From Octopus sinensis (lineage: Eukaryota): a DNA stretch of 64,000 nucleotides. The stretch is from NCBI RefSeq assembly GCF_006345805.1, contig NC_043016.1, positions 17,732,001 through 17,796,000 on the forward strand, read 5' to 3'. The position numbers and the translations under genes are program-made. Of the stretch, positions 39,815 through 53,949 are shown piece after piece (position 1 is the first letter of the stretch; each line of letters begins with the position of its first letter). The notes under the pieces are model-generated. The model was not told where the DNA came from. It did no database searches and worked only from the letters and a program-made list of their open reading frames with translations.

Positions 39815-40010
39815 AGGGAGAGTTTACGAAAAAACAAAAGACGAAGACAGGTGGTGTAGAAAACAAACAGATGTATTAGTATAACGCTCAGGAATAGAAA
39901 AAGTCTTTTACGTTTGGAGCCTATGCTCTTCTACAGAAAGGGACACAGAAAAAACAAGGAGAGAAACAAGGAGAGAAAAAAAATGTGTGTAGTGGCTAAC
40001 GATTTATCAT
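39815..40010 (-). mobile_element. Second copy of the short hammerhead-bearing repeat (motif 39905-39940, mutated)
   Basis: Homologous to 25016-25200. Core reads CTGTAGA and GAAA is changed to CAAA. Confidence 0.7.
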
Positions 40011-40113
40011 GGTGTCTGACTTAGAATATTTATAGTTACACAGGTCTTTCTCCAAAACCCATGAAGTTCGATAACAAACAGACCGACAGAGGCTACAACT
40101 TCATATATATATA

Positions 40114-40152
<39 letters not shown>

Positions 40153-40484
40153 TGTAACATTTTCTCCGTTTTTTGGTCGTTTTTTGTCTTTATCGTACAT
40201 ATTCGCTTGCTTTCTTCCAAAATATTTAATTCCCTTAGCTTAAATTTTTGGGTCAGCCAGATTTGAACAGTCTCAAGTGTAACAGGCCGAAACTGTAAGG
40301 ATGATTTGGAAACTTGTCTGACGAGAGAAAACTGCAAATGACCCATCCTTGTTTTTTTTTTCCTGTCCGTCTTTGTATCGTCTGTCTGGATGCTTTATTG
40401 TCGTCAGTTCCTGTTCCAATTTTTGGATTTATATATGCATATAGCGGCGTACGTACTCTTTTGCTCACCATGTATGTCCGACGA

Positions 40485-40740
40485 AAGCTTTGTGAGTGGA
40501 TGTGGTTGACGGAAAGTGAAAGAAGCCCATCGTATGTGAGTATGCGTGTGTTTGTGTCTGAGTTTTTCCATCCATCACCGCTTGTGTTTATGCGCGTTTA
40601 ACTTAGCGCTTCGGCACAAGACCCCAATAGAATAAATACTAGGCACAAGAATTAAGTCCTGGAGTCAATTTGTTCGACTAAAACCCTCCAAGGCAGTGCT
40701 CCAGCACAGCCGCAGTCAAATGACTGAAACAAGTAAAAGA
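40485..40740 (+). mobile_element. SINE family B, 3' portion
   Basis: TTGTGAGTGGATGTGG...AAGGCAGTGCTCCAGCACAGCCGCAGTCAAATGACTGAAACAAG. Confidence 0.75.
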
Positions 40741-41453
40741 ATTGGCTCTGAGCGTCTGATAATACAGTACTTGTACAACGTACTCGCGTTACTGTTTTGT
40801 CTTGTTTGTTCTTCTTTGTTTGGATTCACTATGTGTGTGTGTGTGTGTATAAATACGTTAGCTGGTACTGCTACAGTTGTTTCGTTAACAGTAAATATCC
40901 CCTTATCGATGCATTCCGTGCTATAATAATGAATTACTTAACTCTGATGTGTTTTTTTTCCTTATTTCGAGTTATTCTCTCTCACCAATAATTCGTGGTG
41001 TGCTTCGCTATGATATGCATCGATCCTTTATGGATCCTCAGTAATCAAATGTGTGTGCCTCTGTGCGTATGCGTGTGTGTGTGTGCGTGTATTCGTGCGT
41101 GTGTACATGTGTGTACGTGTATGTGCGTGTGTGTGAGTGCATGTGTAGTCTAAAACGTCTATCAACAAGATCAAACTTGCTTCCATCTTAAAGTGACAAG
41201 TTTAACACAGGAGATTAACGTAAGATAATTGACAATATCTGTTGGTATTACTAATGAAACAAATATACTGATTCTAAAAATACAATCGTTCGATATTGTA
41301 ATTAACACAATCTCATCAATGTTTTTCATCGGTTGATGACCGATAATGGATGAGAACTGTTGTACATCTTGAGCATGTATTATATGTGAATATATATATA
41401 TATGTTATTTAAAAGTTTTGTTATTTACCTAGAAACACCAATAAACACGTATC

Positions 41454-41544
<91 letters not shown>

Positions 41545-41644
41545 TCAATAAATATTTCTCTCACTCTTTCTCGCTTCATATTTGTGTGTTTGTATGTATG
41601 TATGTACGTATGTATGTACAGTTAGATAGATAGATATAGATAGT

Positions 41645-41705
<61 letters not shown>

Positions 41706-41815
41706 TTCTCGCTGTGACGAAGAAATTTTTGCCTGAAGCTTTAGACTTCTTTTTTCTCGTAATAATATTTCTTATTCCGCTATTTCAACTATTTCTTTTA
41801 CTATTTTCTGATGCG

Positions 41816-41873
<58 letters not shown>

Positions 41874-41937
41874 ACACACACACACACACATACACACATA
41901 CACACACACACACACATACACACATACACACACACAT

Positions 41938-42078
41938 ACGACGGATTTCTCTCAGTTTCCGTCTACCAATTTCACTTACAAGGTTTTGGTCGGCGCGAGG
42001 CTTTGGTAGAACCACTCTGTCAAGGCGCCACGCAGTGGGACAGAACCTGGAACCACGTAGTTGGGAAGCAAGCTTCTT
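41938..42078 (-). mobile_element. SINE family B head, interrupted by the 42079-44195 insertion (extreme 5' end resumes at 44196-44227)
   Basis: The SINE sequence ...TGGGAAGCAAGCTTCTT continues as ACCACACAACCAC after the insert. Confidence 0.85.
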
Positions 42079-44195
42079 TATTTCATTATATTGGCCATAA
42101 AGGCCTTACACAGAGAAAGGAAGCTGCGGGCTGGACAAGGACATAATGTTATATGAAATAAAAAATGAAAATGATTAATGGGGGGAAAAAGCGACGCCCG
42201 CTGATCGTTCTTTCCCGAGAACATTGACCTCTTATATTATTCATGAGGCAACAAACCTCTTACATTGTTCACAATATTTAATAACAAAATAAGGCACTAA
42301 GCCTCTTACCTTTTTTTTTTCCAAACTAGGAACTTTCAATAACACTGAGGCTTTTCAACCTCTTATCCATATTCCTCCTCAACATCGCTTATGACCCCAT
42401 CGTCCGCCATCACCCACGTCTCATTCAAGTACAAAGCGGGTGCCGTGTCGGTGTCGCTCGGCCACAAGCGATATTCCTCATTGAGTCCCTCCAGCTTAGG
42501 CAACACGGGCAACGTTATGACCTCCACGGCTATCTGCGGAGGCCATTCGGGATCCCGTGTGCAGGCTAAAACTACTCCCTTATGGTGCTTTTCCAACACC
42601 TTCTCCGCCTCTCCGCCTCTGTAGAAGACCAATAATTCGTCTTCCTCCGGGGACGAGATAGTCACTTCTACCGTTGGCGGAACAATTCCGACCGACGGCG
42701 TCTCTTCCTCTGCTGGTGGCACAACCTCCACCGACGAGGTTCCCTGACATTCCAGTACTATGTCACCGACTGTCGGCAATGTCCCGTTTCTCTTCCTCTT
42801 TTTTCTTCTCCCCCGAAGAAGGGTGCAGCTCCTCCCTGACCGGGAGATTCGCCTCCCCTCCTTCATTCATAGCATCCTTCGGTGAGCACCCATTGTAGCT
42901 CACCTTCTTCTTGCGGCCCTTCTTTGAGGAGTCCTCCGCCTCCTCGGTTACCTTCGTTCCCTCTTCTACAGAGATTTCAACCAACTGCTCCAAGACCTTA
43001 CTTTGATCCTGAGGACAATTTTTTCTTTATATGGCCTGGCTCCAAGCACCGATGACACCTAGGTGGGGGGCGATCCTCAAGAATCACCGGGTACCTGCAC
43101 CCGGCCATTTTCAAAAAATCTTGAAATACCATATTTTTGGCTGATTGGGTTCACGGGATTAAAACCGCTTTTGACCCCACCCAATCAGCCGCAGGTAAAA
43201 TGTTTACATTGAGAAGCTTGGCTCCACTGCCATCCAGACCCCGGTGGATGGTATCCTCTATCTACTCGGGTTCTATTCCGGGTGGCAAATTACAGACCCA
43301 AGCCCTCGTCAACTTCCTCCTACTCTACGTGGGAAGAAACAAAATCTCTCTGCCCTCCAAGGGTTGGCTCGCAAATTTGCGAGTCTCCTCAGGGGTGTCA
43401 AATAGCAACCAGACCGTGGCATATTTGACCTCCTTGGAGATGAATTTAATAGTTGACAGATATTCTGCCAACTCTCTTTCGATAGCAGTCTTTTCAAATA
43501 GGGCGATGGTGTCGAGCGACTTGGAGTAGGTTCTCAGCACCACCGTCTTCTCTTGGAAGTCTTTCAGCCACTGCTTGGATGGTACAATTTCCCACTCCAA
43601 AACATTGTCCTTGTTCTTTGCCATGTTTTTTTTAAATATAAAGTCCAAAAACAGTTAGAAATTGTAAAAAAGAAGGAAGAAAAGGAAAGAAATCAAAAGA
43701 AAGTCACAACAAAAAGGAAGGAAGGAAAAAGAAAACAACAGTTCAAAAAAACACAGCAAGAAAATCTTCTGGCCACTCGGGATTCCAGGCCAATTTGGTA
43801 CTCCAATTTAAACCTGGAACACCACAACTTGGAACACAGTTATCACAAAAATTGATAAAAGAAATTGTATCTTCGATAAATTCTCGCAATTTTTGAAAAA
43901 AATTATTCACTAAAAGTGAACAAATTTTGGAAGCGGGATACGCCCCCAAACAAAACTTCTCACAGAAAAACTATTCACTCAACTGCAGGCAGACCAGAGT
44001 CCAGCATCCAGTGAGGACTTCTTGATTGTGAAAAAATAATTACGGCAAACAACAAACCCTCACTGGAGCCAAAAAACAAAAGTCTTACCTTAAAGTTGAG
44101 CTTCTTTTTTTTAATCACTATTTCACCAGCTTCAAACCTGCGTGGTAACTTCAGTCAGTCATACAAACAACACTGACAACGAAACGCACGCGCGG
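42079..44195 (-). mobile_element. ORF1-only non-LTR retroelement (L1/Tx1-related, HAL1-like architecture), with disabled gag-like ORF1
   Basis: 17-bp TSD TGGGAAGCAAGCTTCTT at 42062-42078 and 44196-44212. Broken minus-strand ORF 43648-42363 with VCNLPPGIE and a zinc knuckle CHRCLEPGHIKK(+1)NC at ~43012-43057. The 3' end is GGCCAATATAATGAAATAAA. No endonuclease or RT seen. Confidence 0.8.
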
Positions 44196-44974
44196 TGGGA
44201 AGCAAGCTTCTTACCACACAACCACCCATCACTTGACCACCAAGTAGAATTGCTGGAGTCTTCTAGCAGAGAAAGCTACATTAGTGAGAGATTAACGGAT
44301 TATCCAGCGGGAGATTTATCTGATAGTAAATCTGCTACGCATTTCAGTATTTTTTAATTACACACACTGGCACCACTCTGTCCAAAGGAACCTTAGATTA
44401 TTTTAGTATCTAAGTTTTACCATGAATTAAATTGTTAAGTTTATTTAGATTTTCTCATTGCATATTTCTGTGATCTTTGTTTGTTAATTGTATGCTTTAG
44501 ACACACATGTAATTTCGAATATAGAACCTGAACACAAAATTAGCTCAATACATGATAGCTATATCCAGGTCGACTATTTAAAACCTTAGCTGTGAAAAAT
44601 TTTTCTTCGCGATAGAGGAGTCTTTTACGTCTACGTTAAGTAAAATTTCACCGAAACAGCTGTCGTAGATTTTAAGCGTTATTCGTGTTTAGTTTTTATA
44701 CCTACTCCACACCAAGGATCCACTGCTGAATTGGATCGCTGGTTACAAATCAGATTTCGTACTTGTATATCTATGGCATCCTACAAGCATTTGAAATCTA
44801 CGTTTTTCTTTTATTTCAACGTGTTTGTACCTAGTCATTTTCTAGCTTCGTACATGTTGATGTGCCTTTATTCTTAAGAATTTCTTATAACTAATTTATA
44901 TATGTCTACACAGATACACACACACGCATATACATACGCATATGAACAGACACACACATATATGTGTGTATTCT

Positions 44975-45194
44975 TTTATTCTTTTACTCTTTTACTTGTT
45001 TCAGTCCTTTGACTGTGGTCGTGCTGGAGCACCGCCTTTAGTTGAACAAATTGACCCCAAAACTTATTCTTCGCAAGCATAGTACTTGTTCTATCGGTCT
45101 CTTTTGCCGAACCGCTAACTTACGGGGAGGTAAACACACCAACATCGGTTGCCAAGCGATGGTGGGGGACAAACACAGGCACATACACAAATAC

Positions 45195-45225
<31 letters not shown>

Positions 45226-45435
45226 AACACACACACGCACGCATGCACATATATATATATATATATATATATAGGACGGGCTTCTTTCAGTTTCCGTCTA
45301 CCAAATCCATTCACAGGCTTTGGACGGCCATGGGCTATGGTAGAAGACACTTGCCCAAAGTACCATGCACTGGGACTGAACCCGGGACAATGTGGTTGGG
45401 AAGCAAGCTTCTTACTACACAGCCACATCGGCGCC
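44975..45435 (-). mobile_element. SINE family B, full length
   Basis: Reverse complement from the head (45435) to the tail TTTTACTTGTTTCAGTC (~44990). Confidence 0.85.
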
Positions 45436-45489
45436 ATGCATGTATACGCACACACACACACACAAACACACACAAACATACACACACTA

Positions 45490-45529
<40 letters not shown>

Positions 45530-45609
45530 TTACATTATATATGTATACATGCAGGCATAGCTGTGTGGTTAGAAGCTTGCTTCTCTCTCTCTGTCTCTCT
45601 GTCTCTCTC

Positions 45610-45677
<68 letters not shown>

Positions 45678-46429
45678 GTATATATATATGTATGTATGTG
45701 TGTGTATGTATATACGAATATATATATATTCATATATATGTGTGTGTGTTTATATATATATATATATATACTTATATGCTGGCATGCAAGTATATATTCT
45801 TTTTGTTCCTACATTTTATCCTTTTCTACTATTTTTAATGACTTCTGAGTCTATTTTTACCATCGAGATAAGCAGTCTTGTTTTTCTCCAATCCTTTTTT
45901 TTTTTTACAATTCTCAGTTCGTAACGTCTTCCTGGAGGCGTATTTCTTGATTATTATATCTTTTTCAGTTTTGTTTCCTTTGGGTTTTTTTTTTCTTTAA
46001 ATTTATATTATCTATTATTTATTTCATACCAGGCTGTGCGATACAATGATATTAAAGATTAAGTAAATATTAGTCGAAACGAGGGTTTATCACACACAAT
46101 AAACACTCATGTTTATTTACGTTCATATTCCTATTTATCGCCGTTAATTGTTATTGTTGTTGTTGTTGTTGTTGTTATCAACTATTAACGAAGTCAGCTA
46201 GCTGGAAGAATTGTTAGCACGGCGGACAAAATGCATAGCGGCAGTTTGTCCATCTTTACGTTCTAAGTTCAAATTCCAATAGTTCGACTTTGCCTTTCAT
46301 TCTTTTTGGGGGTCGATAATCGACAATCTCCCCTCTCTCAAAATTGCTGGCCTTGTGCCAAAATTTGAAACCACCACCTACACCACCATCATCATCATCA
46401 TCGTCATCGTCGTCATCATCATCATCATC

Positions 46430-46477
<48 letters not shown>

Positions 46478-46829
46478 GTCGTCGTCGTCGTCGTCGTCGT
46501 CGTATTCATCATTATTTCTTTCTGCCCTTTACCTTCTGAGTTAAAATTCTTCCTGAAGTTAGGTTTCCCTTTTTATCGTTTCAGGGTTAATAAAATAAAG
46601 TAACAGTCAGTTACTGGGATCGATGTAATCGATTATCCCCCAACCACAAAATTTCAGGTTCCACCTCCTTTATCATATAAGTGTTGTGTTTTAAAACACA
46701 TCGCACCCACAAGAAAGACTGTTTGCGGAAGAATACCATTGTAAATTTTCACGTTGAAATTACATTAAATATGATGCATATGTAACTCTTTTCATCTAAT
46801 TCTGCTCCTTTTGCTTGTTATATATAGAG

Positions 46830-47727
<898 letters not shown>

Positions 47728-47756
47728 TGATAGATAGATAGATAGATGGATGGATG

Positions 47757-47828
<72 letters not shown>

Positions 47829-47876
47829 TAGTAAATGAAAGACGGAATATGGAATATACGAGAATTGTTATTATCA

Positions 47877-47982
47877 ATCATGACAATTGTTTCGACACAC
47901 CTGCCATCGATCCCTCACGGGTAGGACACATAACAGCTGGTTCAGGAGCATTCAGCGGTGCAGATGCGTCTCATCAGATGAT
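47877..47982 (-). ncRNA. Type I hammerhead ribozyme, canonical core
   Basis: Minus strand ATCAT-CTGATGA-GACGCATCTGC...GCAGGTGTGTC-GAAA-CAATTG-TC-ATGAT: 11-bp helix II, palindromic helix III and a GUC triplet. Confidence 0.85.
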
Positions 47983-48865
47983 AAATAGATATAAATCGTA
48001 AAAATAGCCATTCCGCAACGGATTTTCCCGTTTCATAGAAAGAAAAACTGCAAAACGAAGGAAATATCTTCATTTATAAAGAAGATCAAAAATAAAATCA
48101 CAGTTGCGAAAAAGAAACGAACACGCAACACACAAACATGTACCACACACACAAACAAAAAAGCGCAAACACGCATACACTTACACCCATATTCTTATGA
48201 ATATACTATACTTTAAGTATTGCGTTCTATCTTCACGTTTACCACCAACGATAACACTTTTTGTGTATGTATATGTGCGCGCGTATATGTGTATATCGAC
48301 TTGTGTGAGCGTGTGTGGGTGAGGGATGAGTTCGTGGGTACTTAGATTATTCAATTAAATAAAAGAAAGAGGAATGGCTAATATATTGAAGGAAGATAGA
48401 AAAAAGAGACAAAGAGAGAGAGAAAGAACGAGAAAGTGAGAGAGAGAGAGAGAGATAATGTAATGGAGAAGAAATAATGAATAATGCCTGCAGCTACGAG
48501 GTTACAAAACTGATGCAATATATTCATTTACACACGTACGTGCGCCCTTAGATTTAAAGTGGTTGCAAAATACGACTGTTTTCGAGAAGAGAAACCATTA
48601 TGTCCCTAATGGAACAATCTTGAATGACAACTTAGCTTTCTTAATCGACAATTTCTTTCATTATTTAACGAAGATTTAATTAAAGATTTTGTTTCTCTCC
48701 TTATTTTCATTTATATTTAATTATCTTCCAATTTTTGAAATATTTTCATTTATTTTGTTGTTTTTTTTTGTTCATTATTTCTTTATTGTCTTTCTGTTTT
48801 ATAATCTGTGTGATTATCGTTATCATTATCGCCATTGTTGTTGTTGTTGTTGTTGTCATTGTTGT

Positions 48866-48898
<33 letters not shown>

Positions 48899-49056
48899 CG
48901 TTGTTGTGGTTGTTGTTACTTATTTTCTGTGGTGAAGTGAGTGGTAAGTCTTCAATGGTTTGGATGCGGAACTCTATTTTTATATTAATATTTGAGGTGC
49001 GGGCATTACGAAAGATTCTCGTAATCTTTTTAGTGTAATAGTGTTACTTACTAAGG

Positions 49057-49290
49057 GTGAAGTCACATGGACTAGTGTTGCACTCGTGATCCCAAGAGTG
49101 TGGTTTCGATTTCCAGACCGGGTGGTACGATGTATTCTTAAACAAAACACTTCATTTCACATTGCTCTGCGATCATTTCGACTCCTGGCGTATGGTACAA
49201 TGTACATCTGATGTCGATTTGATGAAGTGAGTGTCCTAATATACAGCACATACATTTGATCATTATAAACAAATAATTTGTGCAGGTCAT
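49057..49290 (+). mobile_element. SINE family C, diverged
   Basis: GTGAAGTCACATGG...GGTTTCGATTTCC...AAACAAAACACTTCATTTCAC. Confidence 0.6.
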
Positions 49291-49311
49291 CCAGGAAGAA
49301 ATTACTGGACC

Positions 49312-49838
49312 CTCATCATCATCATTGTTCGACCGTGGTCGAGACAATTGAATTTACTATGTTACGCCAGACTCCACGGTCCATCATAGCATTACGGAGG
49401 TCCTGTTGCTGGATGCCTGTATCACTGGAGATTACATCAGGTATCGCGAGCAGATGGCTTCCAGAGGAGAAGCGTAGAAATTACTTCTTTTTCAGCTCTA
49501 CAACAATGTCCAGCAAACTGGACTCTTCCACCTTTCACAAGAGATGATACAGGTGGTAGTTTCCCATATATTTGTACTTTGGTTAGATGACGCTTCCACG
49601 AGAGATTTTGAGCTCTCATAAGGAGGCGAGTGTAGGTTCCATCCAACCGCCTCTCAAGCTTCTTTGATAACGTCCAGGTTTCTGAGCCATATAGTAGAAT
49701 TGGTTCGACTGTGGCTTTGAAGATTTCAAGTTTGAAATCTCTATTTAGATTTGATGACCAGATCTTATGCATATCATTACAGGCTGACCAGGCCATACCC
49801 TTTCTAGTTAGAAAATCTTTTTCAGATGATCATATCTG
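49312..49838 (-). mobile_element. RTE-clade LINE 3' fragment
   Basis: ORF 49437-49796 has VEPILLYGSETWTL...QFAGHC, followed by an (ATG)n tail. Confidence 0.9.
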
Positions 49839-50084
49839 AAACTGGACCCTCACCTCTCCTTTACGACAGGAAAATCCATTTACTGAGGAAAAATTTCATA
49901 CTTATATTGAATATGAAATGTAATTCCGGAGAGTTAATCAACTGAAAACCTCGACGCACGCTGCACAATATTGCTGCCTTTTATTGGCGTTGATAATGTA
50001 ACTCTTGAAGAAGGTCAGGTTTTCGAATTTTGTACATCGCATATTGTCATTTTCTTTCAATATAATATTGACTTCAAATTTAGA

Positions 50085-50255
50085 AACAAGGCCAGCAATT
50101 TCGTGCGAAGAGGGTATGTCTATTACATCGATCCATGTGTTCAACTGGTACTTATTTTATAGATCCCGAAAGGATGAAAGGCAAACTCAACCTTGGTAAA
50201 ATTTGAACTCGGAACGTAAAGAAAGACGAAATGACGCTAAGCATTTTGACCGGCG
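50085..50255 (-). mobile_element. SINE family A, diverged, head interrupted
   Basis: ACTGGTACTTATTTTAT...CCCGAAAGGATGAAAGGCAAA. Confidence 0.7.
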
Positions 50256-50261
50256 TAAGGG

Positions 50262-50597
50262 TAAAGACCCCCTTCGGTCACGAATTACCATGGGATTGCA
50301 CTTAGAAAGTTACCCTCCGAGGTATAAGTCCGGGCAAGTTTATTGAAGACCAGCAGTCGCCCATGCATCCCAGTTGCCCGTCTCCACGCCACTGATGTTA
50401 TCCAAGGAGAAAGACAAAGGCCGATACAGTTTGACACCAGTGACGTTCCAACTTATTTTTACAGCTGAGTGAACTGGAGCAAAGTGAAATAAAGTGTCTT
50501 GCTCAAGAACACAACACACAGCCCAGTCCAGGAATCGAAATCAATACCTCATCATTGTGAGCCCGATGCTCTAACCATTAAGACATGTGCCTTCACC
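50262..50597 (-). mobile_element. tRNA-derived SINE, family C
   Basis: Collinear with 38110-38448. Confidence 0.85.
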
Positions 50598-50719
50598 GAC
50601 ACACTAACATCTGCTTTAGATTTCAGCCTGTTAAATTTGGTGAATCCTCTAAATATACTATTTATCTTTTGTCAACATCTGCTGGTTTCGTAAATTTTCT
50701 GTATCTAATTCACAGTTTT

Positions 50720-51139
50720 GAGATCGTTTCGGTTTGAACGGTAGTTTTTTTTTTCTAGCGGTGTCATATGAAATTGTCACCCATAATTATGACCCTAGTA
50801 TCGATCTATTGCATTTCAATCTGTTTTAGGGTAAGGTTAGGGGTGGGGGGAGGGTATCTTTTTTCTTCAGAAATGTAAATAAACCCAATTTGTTTCTTAA
50901 ACGAGGGACATATTTATACGGCACAGAATGTTTTCACCTCAATAGACGTCGATGATTGGCTGCAATTGCAGAAATTGAAGAAAAAAAACAACAAATATCT
51001 TACAAACTATAGAATTTTCTCAATAAAGCCAAGAGAAAAAGATGTTTTATAAACACATTCTACCAGTATACGAAGTTTAAAAGTGTTTAGTTACGTGGAA
51101 ATTATTTTTAAAAACTGCCGTTCAAACCGAAAAGATCCC
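50720..51139. mobile_element. MITE with ~30-bp TIRs and an apparent 6-bp TSD (AGTTTT)
   Basis: GAGATCGTTTCGGTTTGAACGGTAGTTTTTT versus AAAAAACTGCCGTTCAAACCGAAAAGATCCC, with AGTTTT on both flanks. Confidence 0.8.
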
Positions 51140-51432
51140 AGTTTTTTTATAATTATAATTATATTCACATCTAAAATAATTTATAGGAATATTGTGTCAA
51201 ACTAAGTACTTGACGGATATTTTATTTCCTTCTTCTTTTTCTTTTTCTTTTGACCCCGAATCACGTTAGGATGAAAGGCAACTTTGAACTCGATGGATTG
51301 GAACTCGGCAGATTTGAGCCTAAAGAACCGGCCGTAACTAACTACGGAGGGAGCATTTTCCGATTCTCTGAAATATTTGAAAGAAACTTACAAAGTTATT
51401 TATTACAAAGGTGTAACGTTCGAAATATATGT

Positions 51433-51665
51433 TTCGTTATTACCCACAAGGGGCTAAACATAAACAGAGACAAACAAGGACAGACAAACGGATTAAGTCG
51501 ATTATATATCGACCCCAGTGCGTAACTGGTACTTAATTTATCGACCGCGAAAGGATGAAAGGCAAAGTCGACCTCGGCGGAATTTGAACTCAGAACTGAG
51601 CGGCAGACGAAATGCCGCTGAGCATTTCGCCCGGCGTGCTAACGGTTCTGCCAGCTCGCCGCCTT
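51433..51665 (-). mobile_element. SINE family A, full length, 19-bp TSD
   Basis: TSD TAACGTTCGAAATATATGT at 51414-51432 and 51666-51684. Confidence 0.92.
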
Positions 51666-51857
51666 TAACGTTCGAAATATATGTGATGTAGTATTAAAGC
51701 AAGAGAGTTTTATAATCGTGTTAGTTTCACCGAGTATTCTCAACCAAATGATTGATATCCATACCCGTGTACAATAGCATTATGCAATTTAAGCAATTAA
51801 TATAGATTCCACGTGATTCTTTAAAATGAATTAGAATATATATCATAATTATTCATA

Positions 51858-52276
51858 GGCGTAGGAGTGGCTGTGTGGTAAGTAGCTTGCTTACCAACCA
51901 CACGGTTCCGGGTTCAGTCCCACTGCGTGGCACCTTGGGCAAGCGTCTTCTACTTGAGCCTCGGGCCAACCAAAGCCTTGTGAGTGGATTTTGCAAACGG
52001 AAACTGAAAGAAGCCCGTCGTATATATGTATATATGTATGTATATGTATGTGTGTGTGTATGTTTGTGTGTCTGTGTTTGTCCCCCCAACATCGCATGAC
52101 AACCGATGCTGGTATGTTTACGTCCCCGTAACATAGCAGTTCGGCAAAAGAGACCGGTAGAATAAGTACTAGGCTTACAAAGAATAAGTCCCGTGGTCTA
52201 TTTGCTCGACTAAAAAGGTGGTGCTCCTGCATGGCCACAGTCAAATGACTGAAACAAGTAAAAGAGTAAAAGAGTA
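51858..52276 (+). mobile_element. SINE family B, full length
   Basis: tRNA-like head (TGGCTGTGTGG, GGTTCAGTCCC), internal (TA)/(TG) microsatellite, and tail GGTGCTCCTGCATGGCCACAGTCAAATGACTGAAACAAG(TAAAAGAG)n. Confidence 0.9.
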
Positions 52277-52329
52277 TGCGAAATTATTGACATTGTTTTT
52301 TCCTTCCAGCTTGCTCCCGAGGGTGAACG

Positions 52330-52450
52330 ACTGTTATTATTCAACCATTTATCCAACCATTTTGTTCATGGTCTACTTCTTGGTCTCCTGTCAGTTGGCT
52401 CAGCTTGAAGAGACCATCTTGTGCTTCCTTCGAAATTTTAACCACATATT
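52330..52450 (-). mobile_element. Small decayed RTE LINE fragment
   Basis: Minus strand gives LQAEPTDRRPRSRP*TKWLD, similar in DNA to 55540-55600. Confidence 0.5.
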
Positions 52451-52858
52451 CATAGTAACCGCTTGAGAAGCTCAATGATAGAACTTTATGAAGTGGGTAT
52501 CACGATCCTTCAAGGAATAGCGGAGACGACGGGAAAAAAAAAGATGGCCTGATGGCTTTAATTTTTAATTAATTTTAATCCTAGTTTAGAAGAGCAATAG
52601 ATAAAGATTCACTAATTAACCAATTTTAGATACGAAAATATACTTCACTGAAAATTATTATTTCATCGAAGAACTGATACCAGAAAATATTTCACAGACA
52701 ATTACATATCTTTTTGTGGACATTGGTTCCAAAATATTTGATATAAAACAAAGCTACACAGGAAAAAAAAATCCGTATAATCCACACGTTTATTTATTCA
52801 TTCTTATTAAAATATGTGGGAAATAGAAAAGATTAAAACGTCATGTTACATACTTTGT

Positions 52859-52909
<51 letters not shown>

Positions 52910-53053
52910 AATTATAAATTAGGGTATCCACGAGATACCACCATGCTGAAAATAACAGCCATGATCTGACTCTAAAACCACCTTAATTGTCCACATATCA
53001 ACATGGAGAGAAAATAAAGAGACAAGATGAAACTAGTAAAAAATTCTTGGATA

Positions 53054-53112
53054 ATTCTAGATCCCGGATTTCTGGCTTTGCATATAGGAATGCTTTGCCT
53101 CGTCAGTAGAAT
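53054..53112 (-). ncRNA. Type I hammerhead ribozyme, canonical core
   Basis: Minus strand ATTCTA-CTGACGA-GGC(AAA)GCAT..ATGC(AAA)GCC-A-GAAA-TCCGGGA-TC-TAGAAT, with an AUC triplet. Confidence 0.75.
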
Positions 53113-53229
53113 ACACACAGAAGAGAAACATAAATACAAATATATATAAATACAACATACGAATAATTACAAATACGAACGTATAACTACATATATATGC
53201 ACGTATGCATCATGGCCAGTTCAAAATGT

Positions 53230-53264
<35 letters not shown>

Positions 53265-53427
53265 ATTCAGTTAGAGGTTAAACTAGCTTCATTAAGGGAT
53301 GGTATCATCCAATGAATTATTGATTTTAAACCTAAAATTTGTTGTGAATAATAATATTCGTAAAATAATAGGTTCTAACGAAATTTTGCCTAATATAATG
53401 ATTTTATTGATTACTATTTAATCTATT

Positions 53428-53753
53428 AGTGAAGGCGCGTGGCTTAGTGGTTAGGGCATTCGGCTCACGATTGTAAGGTCGTAAGTTCAATTCCCGGCGA
53501 CGCGTTGTGTCCTTGAGCAAGACACTTTATTTCACGTTGCTCCAGTCCACACAGCTGGCAAAAAATGAGCAGTACTTGTATTTCAAAGGGCCGGCCTTGT
53601 CACACTTTGTGTCACGCTGAATCTCCCTGAGAGCTACATTAAGGGTGCATGTGTCTGTGGATTGCTCAGTCACTTGCACGGTAATTTCATGAGCGGGCTG
53701 TTCCGTTGATCGTATCAACTGCGCCCCTCGTCATTGTAACCGACGGAGTGCTT
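53428..53753 (+). mobile_element. tRNA-derived SINE (family C head), 14-bp TSD
   Basis: Box A TGGCTTAGTGG and box B GTTCAATTC. TSD CTATTTAATCTATT at 53414-53427 and 53754-53767. Confidence 0.9.
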
Positions 53754-53909
53754 CTATTTAATCTATTCGCCCTAACTGAAACAGCTGTAACAGAAACCGC
53801 TATAACTGAAACAGCTGTTGTTTTGCACCTAATAAAGATCTTTTATTAAATGTTATATCTGCATTTTCTTACTTTCCTTTGAATGATTATAAACCATGAT
53901 TTATGTATA

Positions 53910-53949
<40 letters not shown>

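Noticed and set aside
40285-40330. GAAA...CTGANGA in permuted order (also at ~26016-26050 and ~61868-61905 minus), a possible type II hammerhead
   Set aside because: I could not form helices I-III consistently in any copy. It recurs as a repeat-family motif, but the fold is unsupported.
44630-44670. TCTAC...GAAACAGCTGTCGTAGA hammerhead half (similar remnants at ~53770-53820)
   Set aside because: The CUGANGA core is missing, so at most a decayed remnant.
53428-53500. Possible tRNA gene (also at 7507, 38448 and 50597)
   Set aside because: The tRNA-like head continues into a SINE body, and the copy is bounded by a TSD. No complete acceptor stem.
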